Below, in pieces: positions 34,539 to 42,045 of a stretch of DNA of 63,675 bases. A program made the position numbers and the translations under genes. Source of the DNA: Patescibacteria group bacterium (GTDB lineage Bacteria; Patescibacteriota; JACPGU01); the NCBI GenBank assembly GCA_028718745.1, contig JAQULF010000004.1, forward strand, positions 1-63,675, read 5' to 3'. The notes under the pieces were generated by a model. That model was not told the DNA's origin, searched no databases, and worked only from the letters and a program-made list of their open reading frames with translations. Every line of letters begins with the position of its first letter. The first letter of the stretch is position 1.

Positions 34539-34817
34539 ATGGCAAAAAAGAAGGAGAAGGAGGGGGAAGATGCGAAAAGTATACATCTACTACATCCGGA
34601 AATTGTAGTATTTTCGGAAACACCACGGGAGACACTGCTTCAATCATTTCAAAGGGTTCGTTATACCCCGCCAGAATTAAGAAATATTTCGACAGTCGGC
34701 GGTGGTATGCCGAGATCAAAAAGTCTCCATGTAGGTGTTGGGAATGAAGAATTCTTAAATGCAATAAAAGAACTCTCCGCGGCAGGATATACAAGAAAAC
34801 CGAATAAACGCCGCTAA
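34539..34817 (+). CDS. Hypothetical basic protein (GC-richer islet)
   Basis: AGAGGTG 6 nt upstream of the ATG (MAKKKEKEGE...); ends 30 nt before the terminator. Confidence 0.45.
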   Translation: MAKKKEKEGEDAKSIHLLHPEIVVFSETPRETLLQSFQRVRYTPPELRNISTVGGGMPRSKSLHVGVGNEEFLNAIKELSAAGYTRKPNKRR

Positions 34818-34847
34818 CTTCAAAGACGCCTACAAAATATATGGCGG

Positions 34848-34882
34848 CTCGACTGACAACAAAGGTCGAGTTTTTGTTTTTT
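34848..34882 (+). terminator. Rho-independent terminator
   Basis: CTCGAC-11 nt-GTCGAG followed by TTTTTGTTTTTTG. Confidence 0.65.
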
Positions 34883-35006
34883 GAACATTTTTCCGCGCTC
34901 AAAATACAATCTCAATGATCAAATACTCATCAAAATATAAAAAATTGATTGTGGCGCATTTAAATGCGAAATAGCTATTTTACAGGTTCAAAACCACTTT
35001 TAACTG

Positions 35007-35174
35007 TCATCCTCGAACTCTATTTCGTCTTTACTTTAATTATATATATAAAAAAGACGAAAAGAATATCAAGGATCTATTATTAGTTTGCTATAAGTTA
35101 TTTTGAAACCTTTTCGCATCCTGCCAAAGATCCTTGATTTCCTGTTGAGTACAACAGGAGCTCGAGGATGACAA
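35007..35174. repeat. Nested inverted-repeat complex built from GGATGACA and AGATCCTTGAT boxes
   Basis: TGTCATCCTCGA...(TTTCGTCTTT/AAAGACGAAA hairpin)...ATCAAGGATCT ... AGATCCTTGAT...TCGAGGATGACA; right half is the 49-nt element also present in the U32 CDS. Confidence 0.65.
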
Positions 35175-35203
35175 CTTCTAGAACGCTCGAGCACAGGAAT
35201 GAC

Positions 35204-35243
35204 AAGGGAGGAGGAAAAGAGGGGAGGCGAGAGAATAGAAAAA
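35204..35243 (+). repeat. Polypurine tract
   Basis: AAGGGAGGAGGAAAAGAGGGGAGG (24 uninterrupted purines), then CGAGAGAATAGAAAAA. Confidence 0.7.
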
Positions 35244-35427
35244 CACAAAATAGCATACAAACCTAACGGAAACGGAAAAACCAGTTTTAAAAAGAGCCCA
35301 TCTTGTTGAGTCGCATAACATACATTGTGCGACGCAGTAAATCTTATACCCTATCTCCAAATATCCTTGTTTTTTTGCTTTCTTGTTTTGTTGCTTTTTT
35401 GTCTTCTCCCCCACTTTCACTAGTCCC

Positions 35428-35459
35428 CTAAAACCAAAAAATCAGCCTTTTGCTGATTT
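35428..35459 (-). terminator. Rho-independent terminator (minus strand)
   Basis: Minus strand: AAATCAGC-AAAAG-GCTGATTT followed by TTTTGGTTTT. Confidence 0.7.
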
Positions 35460-35728
35460 ATATATTACAACATATTATAAAATATGTGTCAAGCTAGCCA
35501 AATGGAAAGGGAGGAGATGCCAAAAAACGACACTCTCCTCCCTGGAAATGCTTTCCCATGCAGTCCGTAGCTCGCCCTTGAGGACCTATTTGTTGCCCCA
35601 AGAACCGGAGTAACTTTCTTTTTCGCCCTTTTGGGGCTAGAAGAAAAATCGGGAAGATAGATTATACCGTTCCCGAGACTGCATCCGCCCGTGCTGCTCG
35701 CCGCTTTTGGCGGTTGCGGCACGAGAAA

Positions 35729-35812
35729 TCACGGACCGGCGCGCGACTGAAACAGCGTGGCGATGTTACCGGTATTACCCAGATAATGCTCGCTTAGCGT
35801 GTGCTGCTGCAT
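35729..35812 (-). CDS. 27-aa small ORF MQQHTLSEHYLGNTGNIATLFQSRAGP
   Basis: GGAGG 9 nt upstream of the ATG; no homology recognised. Confidence 0.3.
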   Translation of the reverse strand: MQQHTLSEHYLGNTGNIATLFQSRAGP

Positions 35813-35861
35813 TCGTCTTCACCTCCTTTGTTGGTGGGATGGGATTGGAATTTGTTTACCT

Positions 35862-35890
35862 ATTTTAATAAAAAAATAGCTAATAGTCAA
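35862..35890 (-). promoter_or_regulatory. Sigma-70-type promoter (minus strand)
   Basis: Minus strand TTGACT, 17-nt spacer, TAAAAT; begins 10 nt after the stop of the upstream gene. Confidence 0.55.
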
Positions 35891-35899
35891 TGATTTTGG

Positions 35900-36226
35900 C
35901 TATTTATTTTTGAATAAGTCCAAAACAATATAAGCATCACTGGATATTTGTGCCTCAAGATTACCACCAAAATAAGTTGCGGCTCCATGTTCTTTTAATG
36001 CATCACGAATCGCTCTCTTCGCCCTAAGATAATCATATTCTTTACCTCTCGAATCCGGGAACTGATGGTCATTATGTAAAATCATTGCGGCTTCTTGCAA
36101 TACATCATCCCGGCTAAGCTTGATCTCACGAAATTTATCATCCTTAACAATATAATAATTTTTCATTTTTTCATCAGTTTTCATTTCTATCGATTCTGGT
36201 TGCTGATTTATTCTTCCTTCATTCAT
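35900..36226 (-). CDS. Hypothetical protein downstream of VirD4-like paralog 2
   Basis: 108-aa ORF with AT-rich core composition, same strand, 52 nt after the ATPase gene. Confidence 0.5.
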   Translation of the reverse strand: MNEGRINQQPESIEMKTDEKMKNYYIVKDDKFREIKLSRDDVLQEAAMILHNDHQFPDSRGKEYDYLRAKRAIRDALKEHGAATYFGGNLEAQISSDAYIVLDLFKNK

Positions 36227-36278
36227 ATATTTTAGTTATTTATAATTATTCGTCCTAAATTAGTGGCGATTCGGATAT

Positions 36279-39185
36279 TTACAGTTCCACACTCTCCCCC
36301 GGTTTGATGACATTATCATCCTCTTCGCCAACAGGGAAAACAAGATCTTCGGCCACCCCTTCACCGATTGGGATATCTTTAATCGTTTCCTGATCGGGCG
36401 CGATGAATCGCGCCCCTACATTCTCTTCGATAGGGCTAATACTTTCACTAGAAACATTTTCCGCAACATTCTCGGGCGCAAAATTTTGCGCCCCTACGGG
36501 TTCTTCTTCATTTTTAATTTTTACCCCGTCAAATTGCGAAGCAACATTTGACTGGGGTGACTTTTGACTTTTTCTAATGTACCACACTCCCCCTTCTTTC
36601 CCTTTTACCTCTCGATAACCTTCACCGGATTTTTTAACTGGAATAAATTCTTGCGCTTGCCCTGGCGTATCAGGAGAAAAACTGCCCCTCTCTCCTCCTC
36701 TGACGGGGTTGAGCGAGTTTTGCGCGATAGATTCGCTCCAGGTGAGAATAGCTTGCTCGACATCCGCTCTTGGAATGGCGTATTTCATTCTTGATTCATC
36801 AATAATTTTTTGTCCCAGATTATATTTTTCTTTAAAATACTCCCAAAACTTTATTGTAGTAGCCGAAAATGCCGGATAAACGGTATTGTCGATCATCATT
36901 TTTACATAAATCTGAAATGTGCTTAAATTTAATAAGTCGTTCTCATCAAACACCGGTTCGAAAATCTTTTTTAGAGTTGGCGGATCGTCCGGACCAACGC
37001 GAAAAGCGATGATATTTCCGGCATTACCCAAAACGGAATCTCGAATATCAGGATCCAATTGAGCAATATATTGATGCGCAATAATCAGGTTTAATTTATA
37101 TTTGCGAGATTCTGACAAAATGCTGGCGAATGAAGAAGTGGCAAAATTCTGAAACTCATCCACATATAGGTAGAATGGCTTCATCTCCTCATCGCGCCTT
37201 CCCGCTCTCTCCATGATTGTAAGGTAAATTTTAGTAATAATCATGGCTCCCAAAAGCCTCATATTATCCTCTCCAACCTCACCTTTGGAAATTTTTACCA
37301 ATAAAATTTTTCCATTGTCAGTGATGTCTTTAAAATCAATCGTTGATTTCGGCTGGCCAACCATATTGCGAATTGATGGAACGGAAAGAAATTGTCCGAT
37401 TTTATTTTGAATTGGAGCAATCGCCTCAACAAGAAATTTCGGACTGGCTTTTACCTGCGCTTCAAATTCCTCAATCCAAAATTCGCGAACCGAAACATCT
37501 TTCACATTATCGATAATCATCTTGCGATATTCTTTGTTAACCAACATTTTTGAAGCTGAAAGCAAGGTAGTCCCCGGAGTTTCGAGCAGTGCCAGAATCG
37601 TATTTTTTAAAATATGCTCCATGCGAGCGCTCCAAACACCCGGCCAGATTTTGGTAAAAATGCTCATGAGAGATGAGGCAATCAAGTCTCTTTTATTCTC
37701 ATCGACATTTTCCAGCAAATTAAATCCCGGACAAAATTCCCTATCCCCCGGATTGAGAATAACCACATCTTTAATCCTATTTTCCGGAATATAATCCAGA
37801 ATGGTATCGATAAATTCTCCGTGCGGATCGATAATTGCCAGTCCCCTGCCCTCTCGAATATCGTCCAGAGCTTGGATTTTCATCACGGTTGATTTACCGG
37901 TACCGGTTTGTCCGATGATATACATATGCTGAACACGGTCTTTCATTTTAATACCAAAGTTGGTGATCTTATCGCGGAAATTGGTTTGGCCAAAAACAGT
38001 CAGTTCCTCTGCGGGAACTTCACCTTCTATCGGCAATGTTGCCGGCGGCTCGCCTTTTTTACTGCCCGACCAATCAATGGTTGGAGTTTCAACCGTTATG
38101 GTTGGTAAGTGATAAAGCGAAGCTAATTCTTCAATGTTTAAAATATAACCGTCCTCCTCAAAATTTCTGGTCTGAAAAGCGTTCAAAAATTCATAATCAT
38201 CGTGATAATATCCTCTGTTTATAAAGCCATTAAGATTGGAAGCATTATATTGTTTGAAAGCACCCACGATTGACTGCACTTTTATTTTCATGGCTTCATT
38301 GCTTTTGGAAGACAAGAACATCAAGCGAATTTTGGCTTCATAGCCAAGCTTGGTAGATTTTTCTTCGATGGCTTTAACCGCCTGCTCCATAGGCCCGGAA
38401 AGCTTTACCGCTGTCGCACCCTTCGATCCGACAGAGGGTTCGGGAGCAAAAACCAGTTTTAAAAATAAGAATATATAGTAGAAGATTTTAAAAATGCCAA
38501 TCGCAGCATCAGGTACTCTCTTGCCGCTTTTGATATTATTTATGTAATGAATGGCTTTATTTTGCCATTTGTCGCTGACGGGACGAGCCAACATTTGAAT
38601 CCAAATTTGTTCTCCTTCATCTAACTGCGACAAAACTCCGGTAATGCTGGCCAAGGGATCCACTTCGAAGTTTAAAAATGTTTTAATAGGGAAAAAGTCG
38701 CGCCTAATCAAGGAAAGCTCGGTACCAACAAAGTGACTCCCCTCTTTTCTTTTTTCCAGCGTATAGTCGCCCGCTTCGGAAATATCCACATTGGGATATT
38801 GCGCGTAGACCTGTCCGGTAACAAAATCTTTTAGATGAACCGGCGCGAAGATATAGAAACGAATGTATTTATCAGTAGAGACAATCTCAAAGCTCAAATG
38901 CTCTTGGAAAGAACCTTCTTCCAATTTCTCACGGGCTGATTTATAAATGCCATGCAGTGAAGCAAACATCAATTGAGCGGATAAAGGTCCTTTTTCATTA
39001 TTTCTCGGCACGCGAACCAGAATGGTGGTATATTTCTGCTTGGTAATCCAGAGCCTTTTGCGTCTTTTACTGTAAGCTTTGAGCACCAGATAGATACCAA
39101 AAATCCAACCTGATAAAATCAGGATGTAAATCAGATAGCGCACTACTTCATAGGCAATCGTGGCAAAATCGATGGGGGTGTTCAT
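36279..39185 (-). CDS. VirD4/TraD-like coupling-type ATPase, membrane-anchored, paralog 2, with long low-complexity C-terminal tail
   Basis: Walker A GQTGTGKST, IDPHGE, Walker B FYLYVDEFQNF, RKYKLNLIIAHQ; N-terminal domain alignable to paralog 1. Confidence 0.8.
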   Translation of the reverse strand: MNTPIDFATIAYEVVRYLIYILILSGWIFGIYLVLKAYSKRRKRLWITKQKYTTILVRVPRNNEKGPLSAQLMFASLHGIYKSAREKLEEGSFQEHLSFEIVSTDKYIRFYIFAPVHLKDFVTGQVYAQYPNVDISEAGDYTLEKRKEGSHFVGTELSLIRRDFFPIKTFLNFEVDPLASITGVLSQLDEGEQIWIQMLARPVSDKWQNKAIHYINNIKSGKRVPDAAIGIFKIFYYIFLFLKLVFAPEPSVGSKGATAVKLSGPMEQAVKAIEEKSTKLGYEAKIRLMFLSSKSNEAMKIKVQSIVGAFKQYNASNLNGFINRGYYHDDYEFLNAFQTRNFEEDGYILNIEELASLYHLPTITVETPTIDWSGSKKGEPPATLPIEGEVPAEELTVFGQTNFRDKITNFGIKMKDRVQHMYIIGQTGTGKSTVMKIQALDDIREGRGLAIIDPHGEFIDTILDYIPENRIKDVVILNPGDREFCPGFNLLENVDENKRDLIASSLMSIFTKIWPGVWSARMEHILKNTILALLETPGTTLLSASKMLVNKEYRKMIIDNVKDVSVREFWIEEFEAQVKASPKFLVEAIAPIQNKIGQFLSVPSIRNMVGQPKSTIDFKDITDNGKILLVKISKGEVGEDNMRLLGAMIITKIYLTIMERAGRRDEEMKPFYLYVDEFQNFATSSFASILSESRKYKLNLIIAHQYIAQLDPDIRDSVLGNAGNIIAFRVGPDDPPTLKKIFEPVFDENDLLNLSTFQIYVKMMIDNTVYPAFSATTIKFWEYFKEKYNLGQKIIDESRMKYAIPRADVEQAILTWSESIAQNSLNPVRGGERGSFSPDTPGQAQEFIPVKKSGEGYREVKGKEGGVWYIRKSQKSPQSNVASQFDGVKIKNEEEPVGAQNFAPENVAENVSSESISPIEENVGARFIAPDQETIKDIPIGEGVAEDLVFPVGEEDDNVIKPGESVEL
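36396..36419 (-). repeat. 24-nt REP-like GTAG + palindrome in frame in the VirD4-like tail
   Basis: Gene strand GTAG-GGGCGCGAT-TC-ATCGCGCCC translated VGARFIAP. Confidence 0.8.
36474..36497 (-). repeat. 24-nt REP-like GTAG + palindrome in frame in the VirD4-like tail
   Basis: Gene strand GTAG-GGGCGCAAAATTTTGCGCCC translated VGAQNFAP. Confidence 0.8.
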
Positions 39186-39228
39186 AATTACTGTTTTTTA
39201 TCTTTGTCTTATTATAGAACAAAATTTT

Positions 39229-39294
39229 AAATGAATAAAGGAATAAATGATTAAATGACTACAAACCCAATCCTTTATTCATTTATTCCTTATT
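39229..39294. repeat. Intergenic word palindrome (AATGAATAAA / TTTATTCATT)
   Basis: aaatgaataaaggaataaatgattaaatg ... cctttattcatttattccttatt. Confidence 0.75.
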
Positions 39295-39339
39295 AAATTT
39301 TTAGAAAGAGATCAAAACCCCTCCTTAAAAATAATTTTT

Positions 39340-40482
39340 TTAGTTTGCTAATATATATCCTTCCGAGGTCTTTTTAAACTTCGGTGAATTTTGCAGATTG
39401 ATTAAAATTGTAGCTTTCTTAACTTTCTTCTTTTTCATTACTTCCTCAACAACACTGTTCTGATCCAGTGGTGCTTTGTCTTTTAATACTTTTTCGATAA
39501 CGCCCTCGACTGTTCCGCCTTCAAATCCCCAGTTATTTAGAGCATAAAGACCTCTTCCGACCAGAACAAAACGGTTGTCGGAAATCAATTCATTGTGGAT
39601 AGTTTGAATGGTAGCTTTTTTATTATCAAAACTTGACTGCTCAATCGCAGTGGCAATTTCGGAAAAGTGCATCGGTTCATTTTTCTTGGACAGTACAAAA
39701 AATATCTTGTCGCGAATAGTTCTGGGTTTTACCCAAGACCAGGAGGTAAGTCCCCTCTTGCCATCTTCAGTTCTATGCAATTTCTTAGTCATATCAATAG
39801 AAGATTTCAAAAATTCCGGGGTAGCCTTGCCCTTATATTTTTCAACAATTTCATGTTTGGCTGATTCTAAAAGAATAGCTTCGTCCTCCAAAACCTCTCC
39901 TTTGGATTCCAAAATTTGTGAGAACATCTTAACAATATCTTCGATCATTTTCTTGTCGAGACTGGTCAGATGCCAACCGGCATTGATGTTTTCGCTCTCT
40001 TCAATCCCCGCGATATCTTCATTTAAAAGTAAAATAAATTTTAAAATCTTGGTAATTTCTTCTTTTCTACTTTGGTCCAGATCTATAATTAATTCTTCAA
40101 CAAGAGCGTCTTCATTGATAATTCCACCTCGTTCCCCTAAAATAGCTTTGATTTTTTCAAATACCGGCTTATTGTGGTCAAGAACCGATAATTTTCTAAG
40201 ACGATTTAACGAAGCAGCCTCAATCTGACGAACTCTCTCGCGAGTTACTCCAAATTCCTTACCGATGGCGTCCAGAGTCAATCTCTTTCTACCGGACAAA
40301 CCAAAACGATGCAAAATCACTTTTTGCTGTTTTTCCTTGAGATTTGAGATAAGATCTCTGGCAAACTGGGAAAAATGAGCATCTTTGATCTTGTTGCTTT
40401 CAATCTTATCGATAATTTTTGCGGCCTTTTCACTTGTCATATTTTTGGTTAAAAAAATAAGCTTGTTTAGCCCCTTTTTCAT
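39340..40482 (-). CDS. Sigma-70 region-4 HTH protein with C-terminal HARE-HTH-like domain
   Basis: LHRFGLSGRKRLTLDAIGKEFGVTRERVRQIEAASLNRLRK; C-terminal MHFSEIATAIEQ...LVGRGLYAL. Confidence 0.65.
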   Translation of the reverse strand: MKKGLNKLIFLTKNMTSEKAAKIIDKIESNKIKDAHFSQFARDLISNLKEKQQKVILHRFGLSGRKRLTLDAIGKEFGVTRERVRQIEAASLNRLRKLSVLDHNKPVFEKIKAILGERGGIINEDALVEELIIDLDQSRKEEITKILKFILLLNEDIAGIEESENINAGWHLTSLDKKMIEDIVKMFSQILESKGEVLEDEAILLESAKHEIVEKYKGKATPEFLKSSIDMTKKLHRTEDGKRGLTSWSWVKPRTIRDKIFFVLSKKNEPMHFSEIATAIEQSSFDNKKATIQTIHNELISDNRFVLVGRGLYALNNWGFEGGTVEGVIEKVLKDKAPLDQNSVVEEVMKKKKVKKATILINLQNSPKFKKTSEGYILAN

Positions 40483-40564
40483 TACCCCTATATTATACTA
40501 TGCATTTGAAATACTGTCAACAGTTTTTATATTTTAACACGAATCCCCACGAATTTAGGACAAA

Positions 40565-40620
40565 CCCTCCAAAATCGGAGGGTAAATATAAACAAAAGAG
40601 AGCTTCGGGAGATGCTCTCT
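40565..40620 (-). terminator. Tandem hairpin terminators after the GC-rich islet
   Basis: Minus strand AGAGAGC-10 nt-GCTCTCT + TTTGTTTAT, then CCCTCC-gatttt-GGAGGG + TTTG. Confidence 0.55.
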
Positions 40621-40654
40621 TTATGGATACTAATTTATGTGAGGTTTCTTAAGA

Positions 40655-41077
40655 TTAGCCCATTCTTTTTGGGCCCAGAACGGAGCGAGTCAATTCCCTG
40701 CCGGCAATCTCAAGCTCTGCCCATTTTTTGTTCAGCAGGAAATTGAGCCACAAATCGAAGCCATCGTGGCCAGCAAGGGTATTCATGCCCGGGACAAGAG
40801 TGAAACCCAAGCTGAATAGTGGCTTTGAGGTGTCGTGGCGATATTTTTCATCTTCACCCGGCATTATTATTCCTCTTGAAACATCGGTGGCCACCGCAAT
40901 GAGACCGAGTTGTTTGATGGTTTCCGAAGTTTTATCGCATACTTCAATCTGGTTGAAGTCAATGAAATTTAACATCGGCAGGCTCGGCACCATTTGCTTT
41001 AGCATCAGATGGGTCATGAGATTTTCGAGGTGCGCTGTTTTAGATACTGCAGAGCCACAAAAACGCCCGCAGAGCAC
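40655..41077 (-). CDS. Hypothetical protein, possibly the 3' part of a frameshifted gene (GC-rich islet)
   Basis: 140-aa ORF; its frame is open from 41131 and overlaps the upstream same-strand ORF by 64 nt. Confidence 0.4.
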   Translation of the reverse strand: MLCGRFCGSAVSKTAHLENLMTHLMLKQMVPSLPMLNFIDFNQIEVCDKTSETIKQLGLIAVATDVSRGIIMPGEDEKYRHDTSKPLFSLGFTLVPGMNTLAGHDGFDLWLNFLLNKKWAELEIAGRELTRSVLGPKRMG

Positions 41078-41415
41078 ACCTTTGCAAAAAGAGCTGCGGG
41101 GCAGCCAAGTCGCATGCCATTGCAGGAATTCGACTCACCGTAAAAATGAATGTACTTGCCACAACGATAGAGCATGATGCTGGTCGTGTCGATCATTCCT
41201 TTGGGTGATTTGTAGATCAGAGATCCCCAATGTTTCAGATTGAAACTGCGGATGTCTGTGTGCATTTGCTCAAACTGGCCACCGAAAGTGGCCCGCACTT
41301 TCTGAAAATCACCGGTCATTCCTGGCTCGTCGGTCTGGTAAGGCTGTAAGATTACGATTCGCTCTTCTTCCCTGCCGGCTGGTAAATCTGTGTACCTTGT
41401 TTCTCTCTTAGACAT
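41014..41415 (-). CDS. Hypothetical protein, possibly the 5' part of a frameshifted gene (GC-rich islet)
   Basis: Start set at MSKRETRY (AAAGGGG upstream); overlap region contains two T5 runs. Confidence 0.4.
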   Translation of the reverse strand: MSKRETRYTDLPAGREEERIVILQPYQTDEPGMTGDFQKVRATFGGQFEQMHTDIRSFNLKHWGSLIYKSPKGMIDTTSIMLYRCGKYIHFYGESNSCNGMRLGCPAALFAKVCSAGVFVALQYLKQRTSKIS

Positions 41416-41595
41416 AATAAACCCCTTTGCCCATGCAGCCGTCAAGTGACCTGCACCCGGGCATTTTTTATATTTGCCATGCAGCCATTCTCTAAAAATT
41501 CAGAGAATCCGCATCCAGCAGCTTTGTGAAAGAACATTTGGCTTTATAATGAATTGTCAGTTTCACGAAGTATAGGGTTCTAAAAAATAATAGTT

Positions 41596-41955
41596 TTATT
41601 CCTTAATCTTAACTTCTTTATCAAAAAATCTTTTAAAATAAAAATCTCTTAGAACCGCTACTTTCTGAATGATTCTAAACATAAAAACTACCGTAACGCC
41701 GAGATATAAATCCAGGTTAAGTTTATCGCCGAGATAGACAAAAAAAGCTGCGATGAAAACATAAAAAAGCAGGCCGGTTATAAAATTAGCCACATTAAAT
41801 TCCTTCTTTGTTTGAGCGCCAATGGCGCCAATCAAAGAATCCAAGATAGCTAAAATCGCCACCGCTGTATAGCGGGAATATTCTGGAGCTATATTGAATG
41901 GAAGAAAAGCCCCTAAAATAGTTCCTAAAAAAATACCAAGAATTGCGTAAAGCAT
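41596..41955 (-). CDS. Small basic membrane protein, DUF1290/Sbp-like
   Basis: MLYAILGIFLGTILGAF...YSRYTAVAILAILDSLIGA...; the ORF-track N-terminus (41956-41982) is encoded by the repeat. Confidence 0.55.
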   Translation of the reverse strand: MLYAILGIFLGTILGAFLPFNIAPEYSRYTAVAILAILDSLIGAIGAQTKKEFNVANFITGLLFYVFIAAFFVYLGDKLNLDLYLGVTVVFMFRIIQKVAVLRDFYFKRFFDKEVKIKE

Positions 41956-41960
41956 AATTT

Positions 41961-42044
41961 CTCCCGAATTATCCCAAATCATTCCCTAATTTTCCCCAAT
42001 TCCCATTCGGGATATTCGGGTGTAATTCGGGATAATTAGGGATT
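41961..42044. repeat. Intergenic word palindrome (CCCGAATT / CCCTAATT), second family member
   Basis: ctcccgaattatcccaaatcattccctaattttcccc ... attcgggatattcgggtgtaattcgggataattagggat. Confidence 0.75.
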
Positions 42045-42045
42045 C

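Larger units (their letters stand above)
35428..35855 (-). ncRNA. Candidate ~430-nt transcript: 27-codon ORF plus structured ~270-nt tail (unclassified)
   Basis: Bounded by a promoter (35862-35890) and a terminator; helices 35558-65/35677-84 (8 bp), 35649-55/35670-76 (7 bp), 35596-601/35631-36 (6 bp), 35509-17/35534-42 (9 bp). Confidence 0.4.

Noticed and set aside
34345-34902. 185-aa minus-strand ORF and 34469-34747 plus-strand ORF
   Set aside because: Both give low-complexity translations with no RBS. The 34539-34817 plus-strand frame has an SD, a basic protein-like sequence, and a terminator 30 nt after its stop.
35428-35855. tmRNA, RNase P RNA, SRP RNA or 6S RNA
   Set aside because: None of the expected signatures is present: no tRNA-like acceptor/T-arm ending in CCA, no GAGGAAAGTCC or ACAGAA..CGGCTTA RNase P blocks, and no GGAA-capped SRP helix 8 motif. 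It is kept as an unclassified RNA candidate instead.
41014-41077. Programmed -1 ribosomal frameshift
   Set aside because: The T5 runs are not in X XXY YYZ register in the upstream frame, and no downstream pseudoknot was seen. An indel (real or sequencing) is more likely.
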